Below the pieces are notes generated by a model. That model made no database searches and was not told the DNA's origin. It saw only the letters and a program-made list of their open reading frames with translations. The position numbers and the translations under genes were made by a program. Shown here in pieces: positions 25,150-36,880 of a DNA stretch of 64,000 nucleotides (its first letter is position 1; each line of letters begins with the position of its first letter). The stretch is from Podarcis melisellensis (lineage: Eukaryota), in the NCBI GenBank assembly GCA_964234715.1, contig OZ174290.1. One strand, written 5' to 3'.

Positions 25150-26589
25150 ATGCTAAGTCAATCAGCCCCCCCCCCTTTGTGTGAAGGAGGTCTATGTTTG
25201 TATATCATAGGGTCTGCCCTCAAGTTCCCTAAGCAGACAGCCATCGGGGATGTGGCTGGCAAGGGCGATCCTCCCACATGTTGGGGGAATGCACAAAGTG
25301 GGTTATTTTTGTGCTTCCCTCTTTTGCTTCGCTCTTTCCAACTCACACTTTTGCCAGAGGGAAAAGGGGCTGTCTGTATTGGACCCCTGACTGAGAGGCA
25401 ACGATGTTCTAGGAAATGACTGTGGAAGCTACCAGAGACATAATATGCACAAGATCATGTTTAGCTCTTTTACAGTCTTGGCTAGATGACATCAGGGACT
25501 GCATTTCAAATTACAGTCTCAATGTCATTAAAAAATAATAACAGCAACAAGACTAGTTTTAGCAAAATGATGGAGACCAGAAAGCTCTCCAGCCAAAATT
25601 AAAAAGTTATCAAAGAAAGAAAGAGGGCTGAAGTTAACAGCCTATAAAAGACCTGCTCAAAAGCAAACTGAACTCCAATGGGACAAGCCAATTGAAGCTA
25701 AGCATTTTAACACCCCAACTGATCCCAGCTGGAAAGTTAAACATGTGCCGTACAACAGCATCCCATACATACTTACGCAGTATTCAATGGTATCAACTCC
25801 CAGGAAAGTTTGCATAGGGCTAAAGCTCTCTCTTCCATTCAAAGGGCTCAGTGCTGGCTGAATTAAACCTCCGTTAGATGGAAAAGTAATCACTTTATAT
25901 ACATCTATGTAATATACAATATTCAGTATAAAATGAATTTTCTATTACAAGACTCTAATGCAAGTGTGAAATTAGATACCGATGTTAATACATATTTTTG
26001 CAATTACATACTGCAAGCTCCTAACCTGAAATTCACCATTTTGTCAAGAAAAGAATATCTAAGGCAGTCTCCTTCATAACACAGCTGAAATGTAATTATT
26101 CCCACCTAGCAGGGTTCGATTTATTTAGGGCTCAACTGAGTCCGAGGTACAAGTGTTAGCAGACAGAGCAAAACCAGGAAGATTTTAACAAGTTAGTTTT
26201 TAAAGGGGGTGACTTTGGGCCAGTCATCGTCTCTCAACAGCAGCCTGCCTCACGTTGTTGCGAGGATAAAAATGGGGAGCGGAGAACCACGGAAAGCTGC
26301 TTGGTGAAAAAACTGTGTAACTTGCAGTGCTAAGGCAACAAAAAGAAGATTCCTAAGTTAGCCTATTTCCCATCTAGTACTGGCACTGGCAACTTTGATT
26401 GGCAGGGTCTCCAACAGAAGTGGCTCTTTCCCATTGCATGTTTTTAAACTGAAAATACCAAAGAGGCAGAATTTGGGGACTTTGGCAAGCAAAACACGAG
26501 ATAACCATCTATACTAAGCTCGACAGCCCGCTAAGCTCTGAACTAAACAGCGCGCAAAGCAACAAAGGGAGGGAGAAGAAAACCTTTTA

Positions 26590-27290
26590 AGGCTCCAGCC
26601 CCGTGCGCTCTAGCCAGCCCGGGAGCCCCACGGAACAGCGCCTTAATCCGCAGCAAACATTCCTAGGAATGCATTGATCCCTTCGCTCTGCCACCACTGG
26701 GCATTTTTCACGCGCCACTTGATCCCCCCCACCCAGCAGCTCCCTTTGCCAGCCTGGCAGCGCCCCCCGCCGGGGCTGGCTAGCTGGGGCTGGCCGGTGG
26801 CTACCTTGCTTGAGGACCTTTCTGCGCGCATCTTTGTCGGTCACCAGAGGCGCGGGCGGCCGCCTGGAATCTGCCCGGAAAGGGTTGGAAGAGGCGCTGC
26901 GGGTGCCCAGAGCTCTCCAAATGCCCAGGAGGAGGAGCGCGCCCACGAGCGCGTACACCCACATGGCCGCCCCGGCAAGCGCTGCGAGGACGCCAAAGTG
27001 AGACCCCGGCTCAAAGAGCGCAGACATAGCACCGCTACCAGCAGCCGCCTCCTCCTTCTAGTAGGCTGGCCGCAGCGCGCTCCTGCCCCTTAAAGGCGCA
27101 GTCCAGTCTCTCCCTGGACTGCCAGGGAGCATCCTGCCAGGGAGTGCCAGGCATCCTCTGAAAGTGCAGCCAGGAGATCTTTAGAGAGCGGAGGGCGAGG
27201 GGTCTGGAAGAGCGGACGATGCGTCAATGTAAGGAGAGACCTGTCAGGGTTGCGCAAGGCCATGGGACCTGTGTGACCCTCGAGGTTCCG
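26590..27290 (-). promoter_or_regulatory. CpG island / RETSAT promoter and exon 1
   Basis: High GC and CpG density around the first coding exon compared with CpG-depleted flanks. Confidence 0.75.
26805..26964 (-). CDS. RETSAT: RETSAT exon 1 coding part ([20 protein letters not shown]...[27 protein letters not shown])
   Basis: GCGGCCATGT Kozak context, hydrophobic signal peptide, [18 protein letters not shown] motif, AAG|gtagcc donor; alternative in-frame ATG at 27027. Confidence 0.92.
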
Positions 27291-27592
27291 CTGGCCTTCA
27301 ACATGGCCAATGCTCAGGGGTTATGATTATTTATTAAATTTGTACACCACAATTTATCAGACAACCACAGGGTCAAAACATCAAAACACAACATTGAAAC
27401 ACAGAATACATATGATGGGAGTTGGTGTCCAACAACACTGAGAGGCCACCGGTTTCCCCATCTCTGACCTGCAGATTAGCCATGAGAACAGAGCGTTTCA
27501 ACCTTTTCATGTTGGTGACGCACTTTTTAGACATGCATGCATCGTTTTGAGATACAGTAATTCAGTTGTACAAGCAAGCTGGAGGTTAAGCT

Positions 27593-28354
27593 TGTTGGGT
27601 ATTCTCTGTGTGTGCAAGAGAATAATTTGTTCCAGAAAGAGGAGAAGTTTCAAGAAGCAGAAGGCTGTGGTTGTTCTGTCTATGCAGGGACATTTTCTGT
27701 GGGTTCTTTGGACATGCACAGTGCGAAGGAATTAATGATAACAACGGTTTTGCCTAACTTGTTGTGAGTCTTTGCAGAGACAGAGAGAGCCTTGGACTCT
27801 TGCTGGACTCTAAGCATGCCTTGACCACAGCAGTGGTGAATGTCTGTATATAGTTGCTACCAATATGCTTTTATACCTGTCAAGTAAACTTCTACACTTG
27901 ACTGAATCTTAATGGTGTCTGTTATGTACTCAAGTTCTCACCCTGGACCAGCAGGGAGATACTGTAGATAGTTATGCAAATGAAGGATCGAAAGTGACGT
28001 TCAGTGATTGGATAGTTTTAGAAAGTTGTTACAGTAACGTGGTACTGGAACTCTATATAAGCAGGCTGACTGAGCCCTTCAGTTCAGTTCTGTCCTGGCC
28101 TGTGAATAAACAAGAGCTGTTTGAAGAATCGCTGTGTCATCTGATATGTTCACTCACAACTTAACAGTGTCCATGAGTGTTTATTGCCTACTGTGTGTAC
28201 CTTCAGCCCCAAAGACGCTTCCAAGGAAGGAGCTGCGCTGAGATGTAACTCTGCTGAGTATAGACACTGGCACACACACACATACACAGCAAAAGTGATG
28301 CCAGACTCAATCCTTTCTAAATCATCCATCAGGAGTTGATGGATTGATCTAACA
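27593..28354. mobile_element. Outer solo LTR (~510 bp without the inner insertion)
   Basis: TGTTGG...CTAACA termini with perfect 5-bp TSD aagct (27588-27592, 28355-28359). Confidence 0.75.
27920..28166 (+). mobile_element. Inner solo LTR (247 bp)
   Basis: TGTTA...TAACA termini, perfect 5-bp TSD gtgtc, TATATAA (28054) and AATAAA (28105). Confidence 0.88.
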
Positions 28355-28712
28355 AAGCTAGCCCCTTTCCATCCCAGAGAAGAGAGCCAGGAACTTTGGG
28401 TGACACACCTACACACTGCAGCTAGCATGCTAATATGTCAGGAAACACAGTTTGGAAAGCTCTGCACTAGAAGCTTCTTCAGGACCTGAGTTCAGGCAGG
28501 AAAACAGACCACGGTATCAGCAGGGTGATGTTGGCAGCAGAGTGTCAGATAGCCATGAGCAGCTCAAAGTGAGATATTGGGGGTAAGAGAAGAAGTCTGG
28601 CTTGAACCAGAGCTCATGGGCAGCTGCTCTTCAAAGTGTCAGTCAGGTAAAGTCCTTTTTAAGTGGAGATGGAAGGGACTGAACATGGGAACATCTGCAT
28701 GTGAAGCATATA

Positions 28713-28937
28713 CAATCAAACCCTGGTTGTTGAACATAATCCATTCCAGAAGCCTGTTCGGCCTCTGAAATGTTAGACAACCGAGGCACAGCTTCTGATT
28801 GGCTACAGGAGCTTCCTGTACTCAAGCGGAAGCTGTGTCGGACGTTCGGCTTCTGAAAAACGTTCGAAAACTGGAACACTTACTGTTGGAGCCGAAAAGT
28901 TCCAAAACGGAGGCGTTTGGGAACCGAGGTTTGACTG
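28713..28937. mobile_element. Tc1/mariner-type MITE inserted in a tRNA-derived SINE remnant
   Basis: TA-flanked caatcaaaccc ... aggtttgactg; related to the 23432 element. Confidence 0.7.
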
Positions 28938-30374
28938 TACTCTGCTACTGAGCCAGTTGCTCCTCTCAACTGTGCAACACTAAGCAACAGAGATTGTGGA
29001 TGGGCACAAATCAAGCTGGTGTGTTGCTGAAGGGATCATAGAGGGAATTTTGATGTGTACAGGGATTGAGAGACTATGGAGCAGCGCATAAGCTACTAAT
29101 GACACCATTGCCCAAGAATGAATATTTTTGTTGATGTTTACTGATTTTTTTTTGGTGATTTTATAGTAAAAGAATTCCACCCACATGTTACAGGATGTGT
29201 TCCAATAAGCTTCCACTTCCCATAGTTAATTTATGTGTCTTATGTTTTATACCATTGACAGTTATAGCTGATACAAATGCTGATTTGCCCATTCTGGGTT
29301 GTTTTTTAAATGAAGAAAGATTAAAATTAAAAGGCACATCAAGGCACATCAAAACAAAACATGATACTGATGCACCTTTTTTAAAAAAGAACAACAACAC
29401 ACCACTCTAAAGGTATTTCAGATACATGTAAGGCTTTCAAAGAGGAAAATACTGGTTTGTTTGTTTGTTTGTTTGTTTGTTGGTGGGAGACGTATGTGGG
29501 AAGGGAAGGAGTAAACCACAGGAAATTTGCATGAGACCTTTGAACTCAAGACACAGCTGCTTTCATCATGACATTTTAAAGTTTGTGCACCTAAGGTATT
29601 TGTGCTAAAACCACAATGGGGTGCATAAAAGCTAAAATGTAGCGTGCAAATTCAATAAACACACTGCGCGCATCACTTACAGGCTCCAGGGTTGCCTGCA
29701 GCAACCAAGCAAGATTTAGCTGGTTCCTGCCAAACCTGGACTTGCTCCCCTGTGTAATTTTTAGAATGGTCTCCATTAGAGGAATGATTTTGTGTGTGTA
29801 TGTCTCTGTGGACTTCAGGTGATTTAAACATTTGAATAAACATGGATAGGATATGGCCAAACTATATTTTGCTGGATGCATGCAAGTGCCTGTAGCTATT
29901 ATGCCTGTTGCAAAAACTTGTTCAGTTTCGACTATGGTTGAACTTACATGCTTGTCAACGGCTAATACCTGTGACATCAGTGACAAAAAGCAGTACAGTC
30001 CCCACTAGAGGCAACATCTAATGAATTTAGGCTCTTCTCCATCACTATTAAAGGGAACCATTTTTTCCAGTATCAAAAGGCTTGTGTCAATTCCTTCAGT
30101 GGCCATTTGGAGGCACCTGTGATATATGGATTTATAGAGAAACTGTGAAGTTATACCTACCCTTCTATATGCAAATATAGTACACATCACAAAACAATAA
30201 CTACTACTTTCTTTTCTCATGCTAGGGTGGGAGGTCTATTCTGATCACATGCACCAACTTCTGTGGGATTTAATTTCTAACAGGTGCCTACTGTCTGATC
30301 CAAAAGTATGGACAATCTTTTTTTATTTACTTTATTTAAAACATTTATAAAACACCTTTGATGCTACCTTTGAA

Positions 30375-30890
30375 GGTGACTCGGAAGCAACAATTAATCC
30401 AGAATGTGGCTGCTAGGGAGCGGATGCCGGGACCGTATAACCCTGGTCCTAAAAGATCTACATAGGCTTCCAGTACGTTTCAGAGCATAATTGAAAGTGT
30501 TGGTGCTGACCTTTAAAGCCCTAAATGGCTTTGGCCCTGTATACCTAAAGAAGCGTCTCCACCTCCATCGTTCAGCCCAGACACTGAGGTCCAGTTTCGG
30601 GGGCCTTCACTGCAAGTAATGAAGTTACAGGGAACCAGGCAAAGAGCCTTCTCGGTAGTGGCACCTGCCTTGTGGAATGCGCTCCCAGTGGATGTTGAAG
30701 AGTAAAATAACAGCATAAATTTTCGTAGAAAATTTATCTGAATTGATCTGAAGGCAACCCTGTTTCAGGAAGCCTATAAAAGTTGTTGTTTTTCCTGTAT
30801 TTTTGCTAGATCTGCCCAGGCTGGTTGGGGTAACCCAGTCAGATGGGTGTGGTATAAGAAATAAATAATAAGTTGTTGTTGTTGTTATTC
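30375..30890 (+). mobile_element. L2-type LINE 3' fragment
   Basis: Homologous to 21856-22340 in the opposite orientation. Confidence 0.8.
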
Positions 30891-31198
30891 TATAATACCT
30901 AAGTGCCAGCTTTTGTGGTTAAGAACCCTCAATTGATTCCCTCCCCCCATCTAAATCTCACTTTAAAACCATCTAATCCTGGATCCCCATGCCACATCCA
31001 GCTGTGCCTGGCTGATGAAGAAGAGGGCGCATGTCGCAGATGCCAGAGGCATGTTCTAATAACCATTCATTCTAATAGTATCTAATGATTCTAAAGAACA
31101 ATATTGCAACAAAAATAATTTTCAAATAATACTAATAATTTCCAGGACAATAATTTCACAAGGCTTGCCTTTTGGCTGATAAACGCCAGTACTATATA

Positions 31199-31938
31199 CA
31201 GGGCTGGATTTAGGTTTGATGAGGCCCTTTATATGTCCAGCTGTCCTTCGTCAACAACAAATTGTTGCTGTTTTTTGAGTTGAATATATGCTATATGGTA
31301 ATTTATGAACCTAATAGGTATCTGAAGCCATTTGCACATGCAGAATGTAGGCACCCTATATATAGAAATGAGCAAACCAGTGATATTTTAGGGAGCAGGC
31401 TAGCAGGCAGGGTCCATTACTTACACCATAGGGGCCTACACAACTCAAAACACTGCTGCTGTATGCAGGTTTTATTTTGTTTTTTATCTGTTATTTTGGA
31501 AATGTACATCCAGTTTTTTTCTCTTTTAATTTTTTTTAGCTATAGCTTGTTTAGCTTATAAGGGACGCGGGTGGCGCTGTGGGTTAAACCACAGAGCCCA
31601 GGACTTGCTGATCAGAAGGTCGGCGGTTCAAATCCCTGCAACGGGGTGAGCTCCTGTTGCTCGGTCCCTGCTCCTGCGAACCTAGCAGTTCGAAAGCACA
31701 ATGCAAGTAGATAAATAGGTACCACTCCGGCGGTAAGGTAAACAGTGTTTCCGTGTGCTGCTCTGGTTCGCCAGAAGCGGCTTAGTCATGCTGGCCACAT
31801 GACCCGGAAGCTGTACGCCGGCTCCCTCGGCCAATAAAGCGAGATGAGCGCCGCAACCCCAGAGTCGGCCACGACTGGACCTAATGGTCAGGGGTCCCTT
31901 TACCCTTACTGTTTAGCTTATACGTAAATCCGGCACTG
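31199..31938. mobile_element. hAT-like element interrupted by a Sauria SINE
   Basis: cagggctggatt ... aatccggcactg termini. Confidence 0.7.
31561..31909 (+). mobile_element. Full-length Sauria SINE (subfamily A)
   Basis: gggacgcgggtggcgctgtgg head; 13-bp TSD tgtttagcttata. Confidence 0.93.
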
Positions 31939-31955
31939 AAATCCTTCTGTACCTT

Positions 31956-32055
31956 TTTTTTTTATATAATATTTATTAAAGTTTCAAAAAAGTTACAAAA
32001 ATGAGATAGAAAAAATGAGAAAAAATAAAAGAAAAAAATAAAGAATACAAAATAC
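31956..32055 (-). mobile_element. Very short L1-type tail insertion
   Basis: polyT/AATAAA tail between 18-bp TSDs gaaatccttctgtacctt. Confidence 0.8.
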
Positions 32056-32179
32056 GAAATCCTTCTGTACCTTGAGTGTTTGGTTTTTAAAAATTAGCTA
32101 ATGCGTGATACAAAACAATCGGGTAAAGAGTGAAAGGTCTCTCTCCACTTCTCAATTCGGAGTCTTTTTCACTGTTCGT

Positions 32180-32970
32180 TTTACATTTCGCGAGAGACGC
32201 TTTTGTCGTGGGAGCTCACTCTTGATCATGCACAACAACAACCTTCCGCAGGGCTACCGGACTGGGCAATCGGGCAAGCTCAATCGTACTGAGCAGAGCG
32301 GAGCAGCAGACACGTGCCCCCGCCACGCAGCTGACTTTCCGCGGCGGAATGAAGAAGGAAAGGCTGCTCTGTCCAATCCGAGGCCGCTGGGACTACAACT
32401 CCCGGCATGCAAAGGGACGCGCACGCGCGTTTGCCTGTGTGGGTGTTACAGGAGGGGGGGTTAGCAACAGAGCACAGATTGGAGGAAAAACTGAGGTGGG
32501 GGGAGGGGGAAGCCCGTCGTTCGGTCCGGCTTGTCGGGGATGACGCCTCCGTGGGTGCGTTATTTGTGGGGGAGATGTGTGGGGAAGGGCAGGGGAAACT
32601 GAGGGAGGCGGGGGGGGGGCGTGACGCGCGACTGCGAATGTGGGAATGAGTAGACACGTGTCACTACCTATGCAACTATGTCACTGTAGAGGGGGAAGGG
32701 GGCGTGTACGGGCTTGTGTGTGTCTGCGTGCGTTACCCTTCCTTCCCAGGTATCTGACCTTAAGGAAAAGAGTAAAAAAAGGGGGGGGGACGGCAGGACA
32801 ACCGTATTGGTTTGGGGGCCATGGTGGGCGGGGATATATTTTTGGGGGGTGGCAAGTAGGACTTATTAGTTTGGGGGCCACAGTGGGAGGGGCTGTTTGA
32901 AAGGGGAGGGGAGTAAAAAGGGGGATCAGTTTTTTTGGGGGGGAGGGGTGGCATGGTGGGGGGCGGTTGT
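32180..32970 (+). promoter_or_regulatory. CpG island / probable ELMOD3 promoter with CCAAT (32373), ZNF143/THAP11-type motif ACTACAACTCCCGGCATGC (32392-32410), CRE half-sites and G-runs
   Basis: CpG-rich block upstream of the ELMOD3 exons; motifs read directly; TSS and exon 1 boundaries not resolved. Confidence 0.75.
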
Positions 32971-33332
32971 CCAGTTTTGCTGAATTTAGATTGGCCTCAT
33001 AGCAGCCAACGTCTTTTTCTGAGGAGGCTTGTTGTGTTCACTGTGAAATTAGTGGGTATATTTTGTGGTTATGCACAGGGCTATTTTTCTAGGGGTGGAG
33101 GGAAAGGGGGTGCCAGAACTCCTTGTGAACACCTCCGTCGTTCTCTTAAGAATGGCAATGGTGCCCACCTGAGAGGTGCCAGGGCTGAGTTTGGGTTGCA
33201 AAAAAAGGAAAAGAATCCCTGGTATGCATGTCCCTCAGAAAGCCAAAGAAGCGATTGGTAACACTTTTATTTTTCTCTTCCTCCCTTCTACCAGAATTAG
33301 CCATCGAAATGGTTGGCATGGATATTCAAGTA

Positions 33333-33542
33333 CAGTGGTACCTCAGGTTACATACGCTTACAGACTCTGCTAACCCAGCAATATTACCTCAGGTTAAGAA
33401 CTTTGCTTCAGGATGAGAACAGAAATCGGCACGGCAGCAGCAGGAGGCCCCATTAGCTAAAGTGGTGCTTCAGGTTAAGAACAGTCTCAGGTTAAGAACG
33501 GACTTCCGGAACAAATTAAGTACCTAACCGGAGGTACCACTG
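33333..33542. mobile_element. Tc1/mariner-type MITE
   Basis: TA-cagtggtacctc ... gaggtaccactg-TA. Confidence 0.88.
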
Positions 33543-33655
33543 TAGTAGGAAGCAACCTGAAGGCCATGTGTGCACCTTCAGATTGCCCGATGCAACTGAT
33601 GCTTCTCCAAGGCTTTTATTTTGCCCCCTTTGCCTTCCTCCTGCCTGCTGTTCAG

Positions 33656-33746
33656 CACATCTTACTACAACACAGAGGGGAAGCAGGTTGGAGAAATTGC
33701 AACTGTTCTTTTCTGTTGTTAAAAAAATGGGTGTGTGTGTTTGAAG
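33656..33746 (+). other. ELMOD3: Candidate non-coding 5'UTR exon of ELMOD3
   Basis: Long pyrimidine tract plus ttcag acceptor and strong AAG|gtaagc donor, lying between the CpG island and first coding exon; no homology support. Confidence 0.4.
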
Positions 33747-34920
33747 GTAAGCTGCAGATCTCCAGATGAGAAGCTTGTACCTGCTGGTTTCTGCCTGTGC
33801 AGTTGTTAAAAGCATAGGTGCAGTAGGAGTGAAAATGTTCCCCCAAAATGTTGAATACTGTATTCATGCAGAAGCTCCTAGGTTGGAGAGTGTAGCTTCC
33901 AATTTCATCTGGTGGAACACTACACTTTTTGCAATGTTGGGAACTGCAAGTTCAGTGGTATGTACTGAACCTTTGGAAAAATTAGGACATCTGTATGTAT
34001 TAGGGGAAAAAAACATGTCATTGTGGTATGAGAGATAGTGGCTAAGAGAATGAGATATAGGAAGCTGCAGTTCAAATCTCACTTCAGCTGTGAACTGAGC
34101 TGGGGAGGGGGCTTAAGATAAGCTACCTTCTCTGGACCTTAGTCTTCATATCTGTAATATGGGGATAACAACACTGGGCTAGATGTCTTGCAAAGGCCTA
34201 CTAAGATAATATACTCAAAATGAGCTTGATGTTTAGCAAACAAATATCTGAATCAGGAATGGGGAACCTCAGGATTCCCAACTCAACATCATGTGTGGTT
34301 GGGGACGAAGAGAGTTTTAGTCTAGGAGCATTAGGCAGGATGCAGGTTGCCTACCCCTGATCTAAACTTAACGATTGTCTAATATGCTTTATGTTTTGGG
34401 GTGGAAACTCTGTATTCATTTTCTTTGATAGAAAAATAGGATGCAAAGGAGCTTAGGGCAGCTTTTGTGTGGTTACCAGCTGGTCCTGTGTGCAGCCATC
34501 TGCTTTGGTTTGTGGATGTGGAGATGTTCTCTTTCATTCAGTATAAAGCAGGTACACCTGCTTTCATCTGAGTACTCTTGGAGGGTGTTTGCATGAGTGG
34601 CATCACTCATCCACTCATACATAAATATTCTCCCTGCCCTTTGTATTCAACCACCACTCCTTTGTTCTTAAGTTGGTCCCCCAAGACTAGGTGACCAGAT
34701 AGTGGTTTTTGGCCCTGCGCAATTCGCCCTAAATCCAAAGTGTGGTTCCTTGTTCTTTAGTTTCTGTTATGTTAAACAACTGACAAATGTTCCCCGGTAC
34801 AGCTCTGCATAAAGCTTAACCATGTTCTCCATTTCCTCATAGAAACCTGGGTGCCTTTGGGACTCCGAGATGATAATTCATTCTCTGGTGACTCTATGAT
34901 TTCATTGTTTCCATTAGGGT

Positions 34921-34995
34921 ATGAACCGATGCAGCACTGGCAACTACCAGAATGAAGAACAAGTGGTTTCTTTTCCAGCGTACAAAGCTTTGCAT
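34921..34995 (+). CDS. ELMOD3: ELMOD3 first identified coding exon (MNRCSTGNYQNEEQVVSFPAYKALH; exon starts 34918)
   Basis: ccattag acceptor, CAT|gtaagt donor, phase 0 joins next exon; weak similarity to human N-terminus; true start may lie in an upstream exon. Confidence 0.65.
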
Positions 34996-35364
34996 GTAAG
35001 TGTAATCTCTTAACTGGCCAAGGCGAGATTTGAACTGGAGACTTCCTGGCCTGCACTGTTGGCCGCTATGCTGCACCAGCTCTTCAGACAGCCGATCCCT
35101 ATATAGCACCACAGTTGTAGTGTAGTGTAACCAACATATTTAAATCTGCAGTAATGGAATATTAATAAGGAATTTTGTTTCTGCCAGCATAGTAAGGTGT
35201 GTATTTTTAATTGCACTAGTTCTGCCTTCTGTGCTGGCTGGAGCTGATGGGAGTTGTAGTCCAAAGGATCTGGAGGGTGCCATGTTGGGGAAGGCTGCGC
35301 CAGTGCAACTAATAGTTTGCTTGTAAATATGCAGATGTGGTATTTTTAAGCAGGCACCCTTAGT

Positions 35365-35722
35365 AAGGTAAAGGTAAAGGGACCCCTGACCATTAGGTCC
35401 AGTCGTGACCGATTCTGGGGTTGTGGCACTCATCTCGCTTTCTTGGCCGAGGGAGCCGGCGTACAGCTTCCGGGTCATGTGGCCAGCATGACTACGCCGC
35501 TTCTGGCGAACCAGAGCAGTGCACGGAAAAGCCGTTCACCTTCCCGCCGAAGTGGTACCTATTTATCTACTTGCACTTTGATGTGCTTTGGAACTGCTAG
35601 GTTGGCAGGAGCAGGGACCAAGCAACGGGAGCTCACCCCGTCGCGGGGATTCTAACCAACGACCTTCTGATCGGAAAGTCCTAGGTGCTGTGGTTTAACC
35701 CACAGTGCCACCCGCGTCCCTT
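35365..35722 (-). mobile_element. Full-length Sauria SINE (subfamily A)
   Basis: 11-bp TSD gcacccttagt. Confidence 0.93.
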
Positions 35723-36880
35723 GCACCCTTAGTTGTTCTTCGGAATTTTAATGGAACGTAGAGTAGGAGGCAGCTTAGATCAGCCTATTTCTATAGGAGG
35801 CAGACAGCTATTGCTCCTTGTGGTCAGTCGTACCTTCCCCAAAACCTTGAAGGGAAGCCTCTTATAAAGCACCTGCAGCCTTTGAAATGGCAAAGACATT
35901 GATACACAAGTGCACTGTTCACAATGTCTATAGCACTTTTCAATGTAAAGTCCTTTGCAATAATAATAAAAAAGAAACCCAGCTTTCCATTCGTTGGTAC
36001 TTACAAGGCAACTTAGCAGCAGTATAGCATGCTGCTGCTGAAAAAAGCCACATTATAAAGATTACTGCTGTGATCACAGCCAAAGCCAGCCAAATGATTA
36101 TCTAGTGTCCTCTGAAATAGTTTCCTGTCACCTGAACCCTATTAATGAGGTAGCCATCTAGGATGAGAGTTCCACAATTTAGGTGCTACCATTGAAAAGG
36201 CCCTGTCTCATAGAACAGCATAATCTTACGTTTCACGTGACAGGGGGAGACGGATGAGGGCACCAAGTATGATCTAAGTGAGTGGATAGAATCATGGGAG
36301 AAGCTGTCCCAGCCCCAAACCACTTAGGACTTTAAAGATCAAAATCAGCGCTGTGCATTGGGCGTAAATGCCTACCAGACACTGGTGCAGTTGACATAAA
36401 ACTGAAATACTGCACTTTATGTGGGCGGCTCCAGTCTTGCTCCCACAGTCTGAACCAGTTGCTATTTCTAAACACTTTCCAAAGGCAGCCGCATGTGCAG
36501 TAGTCTCGTCTGAATTAATGTTATTAGGGTATGAGTGACAGCAGCCAGAGCTATATCACAGCAACACATTTGGGGGCAGTTCAGTCTAAGAAATAGTGGT
36601 TGGAGTCCTCATTCTCCCACCCAGCCCAGTTAGCTCTTCCATGCTAGTATGATTTCTTAGCTGCTTCCGCCATCGCTTAGTTGTCTGCATGGAAATCGGC
36701 GGACAGGATGGCACCAATTCCAAAGCTGACTTTAAATTGAAGCTGGCGGTAGCAATTTGCCAAGTAGCCCCGATCTCAGCCCAAAGGCATTCAGACGCAT
36801 TAGCCTTGACAATATTTTGCAGAAGTCCGTCAACAGGTTAATGTGGCATTTTACATTCTGATGACTTCTCCCTCTTTCAG

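Larger units (their letters stand above)
27489..28464. mobile_element. hAT-type MITE hosting two nested solo LTRs
   Basis: cagagcgtttcaac ... gtttggaaagctctg termini; degenerate 8-bp TSD catgagaa / cactagaa. Confidence 0.65.

Noticed and set aside
24440-25150. Cluster of overlapping ORFs / intronic CpG island
   Set aside because: Falls within a TIR- and TSD-bounded GC-rich DNA element; no recognisable protein
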